The notes beneath the pieces were generated by a model. It was not told where the DNA came from. It worked only from the letters and a program-made list of their open reading frames with translations, and did no database searches. Made by a program: the position numbers and the translations under genes. This document shows positions 57,047 to 64,000 of a DNA stretch of 64,000 bases, one piece after another. This DNA is from a virus (taxonomy: Duplodnaviria; Caudoviricetes), in the IMG/VR virus record IMGVR_UViG_3300037067_002302, positions 4,913-68,912 of that record. One strand, written 5' to 3'. Position 1 is the first letter of the stretch; each line of letters opens with the position of its first letter.

Positions 57047-58504
57047 TTATCCGTTATCGGGTGTGGCACTTTGCTTTTTTGTCCCTCTACACTCTGGATA
57101 AACAACCCTGATCGGATTCAACGATAAATTGGAATATAGATCAATCCACAGTGGCTGTGCTCCTGTGTTGACCGTTATCCGAGCATTGATGATAGTCATC
57201 AGTTCCCGCTTGTCTTCATCCGACATTGTCGTCCAATTTTCTTCCAAGTTTTCAATCCACTCGGTTGCAAGTTTTAATGTAACCATGGATGCAACGTTGA
57301 CATTAGGAATACTCTTTATTTGATTTTCAATCTCATCCGTCCTTGCTGTAAACTCCGCAAGGTCGATATGTCCCGTGATATATAGGTTTTTAACGCGACT
57401 TTTCATTGCTTCGAGGTTTTTGCGCTTAGATGATCCGTTATAATGCTTCGGTTTTTTCTCGGTTGCCGCTTTCGCTATTTCTTTACGATATATCGACACG
57501 GCACTGGATACGGCCATGCCCATAAGCCGATCAATATACCTGTTCGATACGGATTGCCCTTTGCAGAGTTTATCAGCACGGCCTCTGCACATCCATCCGT
57601 CAATTCTCCTCTGACAATTATGAACCCAAAGTCGACCTCCGCAAAGACTACAGTAGAGGAATCCGCTAAAAGCAAGTTTGCGTGGTGAATTACGGCGATT
57701 GTTGTTATCTACTGGCATCAACAATGAATCGACCATATCGGTAAGTTCGACCGGCACAATACGCGGGATGAGTTCCGGCGCGTCGATTATGCGACCGTCA
57801 TATTTTAATTGCTGGCGGTAGACAGTAGATCGCAAGAGTGAGAATACTGTCTTATTGCGCCATGCATAACCATCTCGGCTGGGTATCCCTTCGGCATTCA
57901 ACATCCTTGCGGTCGCCGCCGCATTGCCGCCGTATCTGACAAACAACTCGAATACGCGGACGGCTTCACCGGCGCGGTCATTCGCGGTAACAAGTTTGGT
58001 CGCTTTGTCGTAAGTAAATCCGAGTGGAGGCAGTCCGGCAGGCCAGCGACCAGATAGAGCACGATCCAAGTTATGAGCATACACACGCTCTCCCGTATGT
58101 TCTCGGTCAAGAGCAGCTACGCCCATCATAATATGTAACATGAATCGACCCGAAGCACTATCCCGGTCTATCGTTTCAGTCACAGAGTAGAGAGTGCATT
58201 TCGCCTTGTCCAGAATCTCAAGCCATTTGTATTGTTCACTTGGATTGCGGAAGAGTCTGTCTAGCTTCCAGACTACAAGGCCATCGAAGCCTCTCTTCGA
58301 AGCATCCATTCGAAGCATACTTCGAATCTCGGCAAGCACCAGTCGGCGTTCTACGGATTTCGATCCTGATATTGGAATCTCGTGGTAGATGGCGACTAGT
58401 TCATGCCCTTCGCGCTCGCACCACTCACGGGCGAATCTCTCTTGGACGGCTTGCGAGTCCTCTTGTTCATCGGTCGACCGGCGGGTATAGGCTATCAGAT
58501 TCAT
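57047..58504 (-). CDS. Large serine recombinase (integrase)
   Basis: YTRRSTDEQ (catalytic Ser), VWKLDRLFR, GLPPLGFTY, recombinase domain, FSGFLYCSLCGG Zn ribbon, coiled coil. Confidence 0.95.
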   Translation of the reverse strand: MNLIAYTRRSTDEQEDSQAVQERFAREWCEREGHELVAIYHEIPISGSKSVERRLVLAEIRSMLRMDASKRGFDGLVVWKLDRLFRNPSEQYKWLEILDKAKCTLYSVTETIDRDSASGRFMLHIMMGVAALDREHTGERVYAHNLDRALSGRWPAGLPPLGFTYDKATKLVTANDRAGEAVRVFELFVRYGGNAAATARMLNAEGIPSRDGYAWRNKTVFSLLRSTVYRQQLKYDGRIIDAPELIPRIVPVELTDMVDSLLMPVDNNNRRNSPRKLAFSGFLYCSLCGGRLWVHNCQRRIDGWMCRGRADKLCKGQSVSNRYIDRLMGMAVSSAVSIYRKEIAKAATEKKPKHYNGSSKRKNLEAMKSRVKNLYITGHIDLAEFTARTDEIENQIKSIPNVNVASMVTLKLATEWIENLEENWTTMSDEDKRELMTIINARITVNTGAQPLWIDLYSNLSLNPIRVVYPECRGTKKQSATPDNG

Positions 58505-58510
58505 TTTCTT

Positions 58511-58894
58511 TTATTGTGATTTCAGCGTTTCAAATAACTGATCCAAGACTGTCTTATGGTCAACGATTTCTGTTATTGAGTAGATTGCGCAATCCGTTTC
58601 ACCGAGAAATCGAAGCCATGCAACCTGCTTCACGCAATCCCGAAACAGACGATCTAACCTTAAAACAATAAGCCCGTCAAAATCCTTTTTTTCACTTTGG
58701 AGCAATGATTGGATTTCTTTAAGCGCAGGTCGTTCATCGACACCCGTCAAGCCGGACATTGGAGCTTCATTATAGATACGAATTAGCTCATGCCCTTCGC
58801 GTTCGCACCATTCGCGGATCGAGCGTTCTTGGATAGCCTGCGACTTACCTTGCTCATCAACCGCCGATCTGGTATATCCGATAACTTTTGCCAT
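58511..58894 (-). CDS. Truncated, probably inactive serine-recombinase catalytic-domain paralogue
   Basis: YTRSAVDEQ (Ala at the catalytic Ser position), VLRLDRLFRD; ends before helix E; closely similar to integrase residues 1-110. Confidence 0.8.
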   Translation of the reverse strand: MAKVIGYTRSAVDEQGKSQAIQERSIREWCEREGHELIRIYNEAPMSGLTGVDERPALKEIQSLLQSEKKDFDGLIVLRLDRLFRDCVKQVAWLRFLGETDCAIYSITEIVDHKTVLDQLFETLKSQ

Positions 58895-58947
58895 TAGCTT
58901 GCCTCATTAGAAATTCACCGTATAGTAACTTTCGGTTCAATGATCCA

Positions 58948-59142
58948 TCAACCTCCTTTGCCGTTCCCATCCCGTGGGTATAGGAATGGCACTAGTATTC
59001 CATATAGTGTAAAAACCACGAATGCCCAAACCAATACAACTTTTGGTGCAAATATTACCACTATGAACGCTATTAATGTTATAAAGAATTCCTCTTTTTG
59101 CTCATTTTGTTTCACTTCCCTTTGCCACATCCTCCGCATCAT
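58948..59142 (-). CDS. Small membrane protein
   Basis: Two hydrophobic segments. Confidence 0.5.
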   Translation of the reverse strand: MMRRMWQREVKQNEQKEEFFITLIAFIVVIFAPKVVLVWAFVVFTLYGILVPFLYPRDGNGKGG

Positions 59143-60169
59143 AAGTAATACTATTTTTAATATTGGCTATAAACGGAACCATTATCAGGAAAGCTATAGG
59201 GTAGATTTCTAGGAAATCGCGCACTTCCGCGAGCCGACAGAACATAATCCACCCAGGTATTAAAAACACAAGTCCGGCAATGAGCGAATGACGGAGGAAA
59301 GCTGGCGCAGAAGCCCATCCTTTCTTGACAGGAATCCAGAAAATAATAAATATCGTGACTATGTATAAGAGGCTGATTTTGCTACTTTTTAAAATATTGT
59401 CCATCAAATGGTATTCGAGTGTCGATCCCGGGCTGAAGCGGAAATTCCATCTTATGGATGATTGTATTGCAACAATAAGCGCAATTTGGACAATTGTATG
59501 TAACGCAAGTTTACCCGGCCTCATCAACCTTAACTCATGCAGAAAAAAGAATACGGTCAATAGAAACGCTGTCTCCTTGTTGAGGAGTGCAAGCGCAAGA
59601 ACCGGATAGAAAATCATGAATCGGCGCTTGATTATCAAATATAATCCCAGGGTCATGAAAAAGAGTGTAGAAGGATCGTATATGTAACCCAGGCCGTAGA
59701 CAAATCCAAGTGTCAACAATAATAGGGCGACCACTGGCAGCAAATCGGCCATAAACTCAGGCAAATTGTGTATGGTCTTGATAAGACGTCTGATTATTAT
59801 GGCAAATCCGATCAAGCACATCCACTGCAAGATAATGACTATCAGATACATAGATAACCGGTGCGGATTCCATTTAAGCATCTTACAGGTGTCACTCAGC
59901 CTGTTATTGTATTTGCCTCTCGCGTCGGCAATAGAGTTAACGCGAGCACTTATGCCATGAGGCACGGCCCTTTCGACCAGCCTGGCGCACTTCGGTATCA
60001 GGGTGCGGTAGATGAACGGACGGTGTGCCGTGCCATCCACCATAGCAATAGTGTTTCGTCTCGAATCGGTATCTGTCCCAGGGCGCATCGTATACATATA
60101 AATGACCACGCCTGCTGTGAGCGAATACAGAAAGATTATTATGATTGTCTTTATGGCCAGATTATTCAA
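59102..60169 (-). CDS. Multi-pass membrane protein, GT-C-type glycosyltransferase-like
   Basis: About 9 TM segments; PFIYRTLIP, YIYDPSTLFF, LALLNKETAFLL, EVRDFLE. Confidence 0.55.
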   Translation of the reverse strand: MNNLAIKTIIIIFLYSLTAGVVIYMYTMRPGTDTDSRRNTIAMVDGTAHRPFIYRTLIPKCARLVERAVPHGISARVNSIADARGKYNNRLSDTCKMLKWNPHRLSMYLIVIILQWMCLIGFAIIIRRLIKTIHNLPEFMADLLPVVALLLLTLGFVYGLGYIYDPSTLFFMTLGLYLIIKRRFMIFYPVLALALLNKETAFLLTVFFFLHELRLMRPGKLALHTIVQIALIVAIQSSIRWNFRFSPGSTLEYHLMDNILKSSKISLLYIVTIFIIFWIPVKKGWASAPAFLRHSLIAGLVFLIPGWIMFCRLAEVRDFLEIYPIAFLIMVPFIANIKNSITYDAEDVAKGSETK

Positions 60170-60693
60170 TCCGTCAACCTCAATTCTACAATCCGTTTGT
60201 GCATTATTTCTTCACCAATATTGAATCTTTCGGCGAGTATTTGTAAGCGGAACTCATGGTTATATTGAAGCTCGTCATGCCACTTTATAACCAAGCTTTG
60301 CGGCATGAGTAATTCTTCCGCGAATCGGTCACACTTATGTTCAACCTCTTCGTCATCTACCATGCCCAAGCCTGATCTCAATATGCATATCCTGCCATGA
60401 ACAGGAAGATTATTGAGCAGGATATGGTGGTAGATTTCATGCGCCATGCTAAACCGCTGCTTCCATAACGAATCCACGACGTTGACCAGGATAATAGCGC
60501 GGTGACCGTTTTTGATATACGCCGCTGATATATCCTGAGTCAGTTCGGGAATATCGCGCCTTAGAATGCTGACTCCTAATTGGTCACAGATGAGGTGTAG
60601 ATCAACCGGAGCTTCGAGTCCGAGGCCAGTCCAGAGTGCTCTTGCTTTCTCAATCTCCCGCTTTGCTCGCATCGGTTCGTACCTCCTATCCAT
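60166..60693 (-). CDS. ImmA/IrrE family metallopeptidase (anti-repressor)
   Basis: PVDLHLIC..LGV, IILVN, QRFSMAHEIYH, CDRFAEELLMP. Confidence 0.9.
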   Translation of the reverse strand: MDRRYEPMRAKREIEKARALWTGLGLEAPVDLHLICDQLGVSILRRDIPELTQDISAAYIKNGHRAIILVNVVDSLWKQRFSMAHEIYHHILLNNLPVHGRICILRSGLGMVDDEEVEHKCDRFAEELLMPQSLVIKWHDELQYNHEFRLQILAERFNIGEEIMHKRIVELRLTD

Positions 60694-60754
60694 CGAAGGT
60701 AACTGAATACCCGGTGCTCACTTCTTAACTGCCTCATCTATATTATTCCCTGTT

Positions 60755-61144
60755 TTAAATCTCCTTTCTTATATAATTATCAATCTCTGTGCGTTTTTCT
60801 TCTGATATATCGCGTTTTTTATTCAGAGCGAAAGTAATTATGTTCTTTATCTCAGAATCGGATAACTCCCTATCCTTGAGGGCGTTATCAAGGATTTCGA
60901 CGGGATCGGATGGCTGTTCAAAGCCGGCGGCGATTAGTAGATTAATACCTCGTTTGGAGTCTTCGGCACCAAGTCCTTTAACGAATTTCCGTAGTGTTGT
61001 TTCTGAAACCTTGTCACCACGGAAAATATCGTATATAACCGTGCGATGCAATTCTGATTGCATCGCAGCCTTACGAACATCCATCCCACTATCTTTTAAT
61101 AACTCTTTTGCTTGATTTGCAACTTCTTCTGAATGATAGGGCAT
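60755..61144 (-). CDS. Immunity repressor (XRE/ImmR-like HTH)
   Basis: MDVRKAAMQSELHRTVIYDIFRG...SETTLRKF; upstream of ImmA, divergent from cro. Confidence 0.7.
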   Translation of the reverse strand: MPYHSEEVANQAKELLKDSGMDVRKAAMQSELHRTVIYDIFRGDKVSETTLRKFVKGLGAEDSKRGINLLIAAGFEQPSDPVEILDNALKDRELSDSEIKNIITFALNKKRDISEEKRTEIDNYIRKEI

Positions 61145-61168
61145 AAGCCAATTCCTTATTTCCGTTGT

Positions 61169-61284
61169 ATTCTATCCTACTAATCCAGATATGTCAACAC
61201 AAAAATATCTTAATAATATCTCAGTTTTGTAGTTGTATTTTATTCTACAACTGCCTATAATACTAATGTAGTAGCATCTACTAC
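61169..61284. promoter_or_regulatory. Divergent lysis/lysogeny promoters with operator-like palindromes
   Basis: Minus TTGACA-N17-TAGAAT (61197-61169); plus TTGTAT-N17-TATAAT (61233-61261); AGTTGTA/TACAACT and GTAGTAG/CTACTAC inverted repeats. Confidence 0.75.
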
Positions 61285-61286
61285 TA

Positions 61287-61553
61287 ATGGAGGATTATAT
61301 GCGACGTTCTTTACCTCCCAGAAACCAGAGACTCTTGAACGTGAGAATCAAAAAGGTTTATGGGCGCAAATATAAAGATTGGTACGATTACGCTCTTGAG
61401 CTTGAGAAGGAAGGTAAGAGGCGGGATGAGATAACAGCCGCTCTAAATGAATTACTCTTACCAATCGGCAAACAACTCAGCGAATCTACCGTATCAATCT
61501 GGATGATACGACGAATGAGATTAGAGGAGCGTAAAACGGAAACAGTCGCCTAA
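61287..61553 (+). CDS. Cro-like early DNA-binding protein
   Basis: RRDEITAALNE...LSESTVSIWM; first gene of the rightward promoter. Confidence 0.55.
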   Translation: MEDYMRRSLPPRNQRLLNVRIKKVYGRKYKDWYDYALELEKEGKRRDEITAALNELLLPIGKQLSESTVSIWMIRRMRLEERKTETVA

Positions 61554-61625
61554 CATTTTCATTCATAGCAGGCAAACACACGCTTGTCTAGCTAGCAAAA
61601 ATACGGGTTTTTAATGGAGTAACGA

Positions 61626-62822
61626 ATGACAGAGATAAACGACGAGATTTACATACCGGAGTTTGAGGAACACGAGCTATCTGCTGAGTTGGATGTGGTA
61701 GACGGTGGCAATGCTCTTGCCGATCCAGTATGGCGGCATGTCCGACTCAAGCCGAACTCAATGGAGTTTGTGACCAATCCCACGTACGAGGAGTGGGAGA
61801 GGTTGGGAGAACGGCTGAAATATATCAATGGCTCCGTCCAGTTTTGGATTGGCGACTGGGTGAACTATGGAGAGAACCGATACGGCGATAAGTACGCACA
61901 AGCCATAGATGCTACGGATTATGATTACGGTACTCTTGCCAATGCCCGTTATGTTGCAGAGAAAGTTGAATTTTCACGACGTCGTGAAAATCTACCCTTC
62001 TCGCACCATCAAGAGGTTGCATCACTCCCACCAGAAGATCAGGAAATGCTTCTCTCTAAAGCAGAGGAGGAACATTTATCACTTGCAGCCTTACGAGAGT
62101 TGACCCGTAGTTACAAGCGTGAACTAGCGATTCAGTCCATAGAGCCATTGAAGGGCGTCAAGCCTCAATTATATAGAAAAGACGCTATCGAATGGCTCAG
62201 GGATATGGACGATGGCGTAGCCGATCTCTTACTCACCGACCCGCCGTATATGACCGATGTGTCCAACATCCATGAGTTTGCGGAGTTATGGTTGCCGCTC
62301 GCGCTTGCGAAGCTGAAAGACAGCGGTCAGGCTTATATCTGCATAGGCGCGTATCCTGATGAACTGTGGGCATATCTTCGGGCAGCGAGCATGACGCAAA
62401 AAAGGTTCACGGTTGAAAATGTGCTCGTGTGGACGTACCGCAATACGCTTGGCGTTCAGCCCGCCGAATCCTACATACAGAACTGGCAAGCTATCCTCTA
62501 TCTTCGTGGGCTGGACGCTCCCGCGCTCAATTGTCCACGTGCCGTAGAGCAGTTCGCGGTTCAGGACATTAATGCTCCCGACGGGCGGATAGGCGACCGC
62601 TATCACAAATGGCAAAAGCCTGATGAATTGGCCGACAGGTTCATACTCCACAGCACCGAGCCTGAAGCCCTGGTTATCGACCCGTTCGCGGGTAGTGGCA
62701 CGTTTTTAGTCAGAGCCGCTGCCCTAAAGCGTGTGGGAGTCGGTTGCGATATAGACGAAGAATCATTGCGAATAGCTGAGAAGAGAGGATGTGTGATCTT
62801 TGGTAACTCAATGGCAAGTTGA
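61626..62822 (+). CDS. Beta-class N6-adenine DNA methyltransferase with N-terminal helical DNA-binding-like domain
   Basis: LLTDPPY, HKWQKP, VIDPFAGSGT; N-terminal FWIGDWVNYGE...LPFSHHQEVA domain. Confidence 0.85.
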   Translation: MTEINDEIYIPEFEEHELSAELDVVDGGNALADPVWRHVRLKPNSMEFVTNPTYEEWERLGERLKYINGSVQFWIGDWVNYGENRYGDKYAQAIDATDYDYGTLANARYVAEKVEFSRRRENLPFSHHQEVASLPPEDQEMLLSKAEEEHLSLAALRELTRSYKRELAIQSIEPLKGVKPQLYRKDAIEWLRDMDDGVADLLLTDPPYMTDVSNIHEFAELWLPLALAKLKDSGQAYICIGAYPDELWAYLRAASMTQKRFTVENVLVWTYRNTLGVQPAESYIQNWQAILYLRGLDAPALNCPRAVEQFAVQDINAPDGRIGDRYHKWQKPDELADRFILHSTEPEALVIDPFAGSGTFLVRAAALKRVGVGCDIDEESLRIAEKRGCVIFGNSMAS

Positions 62823-63405
62823 TCTCAAATGGAGTGCGGCGGCATTCATTAAATCAATATGGCCTGCAATCAGCTTGAATGTGGGTGGCGGTAATCTCAT
62901 ACCCGTAGAGGATACCACTGACAATAAGGATTTTATGCGGACGTTAGACCAAGAGGCAGGTATAGACGCTTGGCAAGTTATAAAGGACAAGGGTGTTGTC
63001 AGAGGTATAGCAAGCCGTGTGCAAAAAATTGAGCGTAACCGCGATGGGATATATAAGCCATTCAACTCTTTTACTATTCGCTATCGACGAACAAGTGGCT
63101 CGAAAACAGAATATGAGAAACGGCTTTATGCGATAACTCATAAATCCAGTGGCAATCTATTCCCTGGTTTTACAGTGCAGGGATACATAAATGCCGACAC
63201 CGGGCAGTTAATATCGGCTGCTATAGTCAAGACCTTCGATCTATTCAAGCATATAGAGCAGGGCATTGAAGGCAAAGACAAAGACTACATAATCCAGTCC
63301 AATGGTTCAGACGGCAACGAGTTTATTGTTGTCTACTGGTCAAAGTTGGTAGAAGCAGGTCGCAATATCAAAATCGTGCAGCAAAGAGTTGGAGTAACGC
63401 CATGA
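62800..63405 (+). CDS. Hypothetical protein (possible nuclease fold; often downstream of MTases)
   Basis: LDQEAGIDAW, IASRVQ, FTIRYRRTSGSKTEYEKR. Confidence 0.6.
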   Translation: MVTQWQVDLKWSAAAFIKSIWPAISLNVGGGNLIPVEDTTDNKDFMRTLDQEAGIDAWQVIKDKGVVRGIASRVQKIERNRDGIYKPFNSFTIRYRRTSGSKTEYEKRLYAITHKSSGNLFPGFTVQGYINADTGQLISAAIVKTFDLFKHIEQGIEGKDKDYIIQSNGSDGNEFIVVYWSKLVEAGRNIKIVQQRVGVTP

Positions 63406-63476
63406 CCAACACAGCATTCATCACTACACCGTCCGGCAAGGGACGACTTACAAATAAAGGAGAGGAGATATAAATT

Positions 63477-64000
63477 ATGTGTCAACCAGCATCGGGAGTA
63501 TTGACGAAAGACCATGCCTTTTGGTCTAAAAAAACCGAGTCGCACTCGGAGATCATACAGGAATTCAACCTACATGCGGACGGCGTTGGTGGGCCGAATG
63601 TCCTGCAATTCGAGATAACACCGCCTAATGGCGACTTTACGAAACCGTTAGAGGAGTGGAGATACAGGGTCGATCAGGATGTAACGCCGGAGTGGTACGA
63701 TCCCGCGAAGGATGAAACAAGAGCGCGGAGTATATTACAGGACTGGATAGCCGCGAAGGTCGTGTTGCCTGGTCAAATACGAGTTGTCAATCGAGGCGAA
63801 ATGGTAATTGCTTGTTACGGCACGGTGCAGTATGTCAACCAGGGCGGCACGGTGCAGGATGTCAACCAGGGCGGCACGGTGCAGGATGTCAACCAGGGCG
63901 GCATGGTGCAGTATGTCAACCAGGGCGGCACGGTGCAGTATGTCAACCAGGGCGGCACGGTGCAGTATGTCAACGGCACGGTGCAGTATGTCAACGGCAC
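63477..64000 (+). CDS. Beta-solenoid repeat protein (partial; runs off the window; not in track)
   Basis: MCQPASGVLT...SHSEII... then GTVQ(Y/D)VNQG repeats; RBS AGGAGAGGAG. Confidence 0.75.
   Translation, partial: MCQPASGVLTKDHAFWSKKTESHSEIIQEFNLHADGVGGPNVLQFEITPPNGDFTKPLEEWRYRVDQDVTPEWYDPAKDETRARSILQDWIAAKVVLPGQIRVVNRGEMVIACYGTVQYVNQGGTVQDVNQGGTVQDVNQGGMVQYVNQGGTVQYVNQGGTVQYVNGTVQYVNG
63819..64000 (+). repeat. In-frame tandem repeat: 5 x 27 bp, then 2 x 21 bp, then a partial unit
   Basis: GGCACGGTGCAG(T/G)ATGTCAACCAGGGC units at 63819, 63846, 63873, 63900 and 63927; 21-bp units at 63954 and 63975. Confidence 0.9.

Noticed and set aside
1692-63545. Numerous short track ORFs overlapping larger genes on the opposite strand or frame
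   Set aside because: No RBS or motif support, and they conflict with well-supported genes in tightly packed operons.
63815-64000. Minus-strand ORF MPLTYCTVP... and a DGR interpretation of the repeats
   Set aside because: The ORF is the shadow of the plus-strand repeat gene. No reverse transcriptase is present in the window, and the differences (T/G, C/T) are not at coding-strand adenines.
1-64000. Alternative genetic code (TAG or TGA recoding), rRNA genes, host chromosomal flanks
   Set aside because: Long genes are intact under code 11 and all three stop codons are used as terminators. No rRNA-like or housekeeping sequence was seen.

Overview
The window is almost entirely one temperate bacteriophage genome, probably circularly permuted, with no host housekeeping genes. 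The gene order is podovirus-like: a P22-type portal, tail stabilisation and DNA-ejection proteins, and no tape measure or tail tube. The host is unknown. An Armatimonadota host is only a weak guess from my recollection of one protein family. Order: early/accessory genes (1-3.6 kb); replication initiator and DnaB (3.9-6.1 kb); nucleic-acid metabolism and accessory genes (6-14.5 kb); a reverse-strand cassette (14.5-16.1 kb); TerS and a split TerL; tRNA-Ser; a head module interleaved with a UDP-sugar/glycosyltransferase pathway; a TnpB-only IS; tail spikes and ejection proteins; lysis genes; a candidate intact attP with a large serine integrase; an ImmA/ImmR/Cro-type switch; and a DNA methyltransferase. 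The standout is at the start: a Cas7/RAMP-like gene (86-682) followed directly by a non-coding array of GGY-NN pentamers punctuated by six GGCAGGC motifs (695-958), which looks like a miniature RNA-guided (VIPR-type) system. Also notable are three sequence-orthogonal C4-like antisense RNA cassettes with their own promoters, a catalytically dead integrase paralogue, an Acb2/Tad1-like protein, and three genes each broken by one in-frame TAA. All family assignments come from motif recognition by eye. No searches were run.
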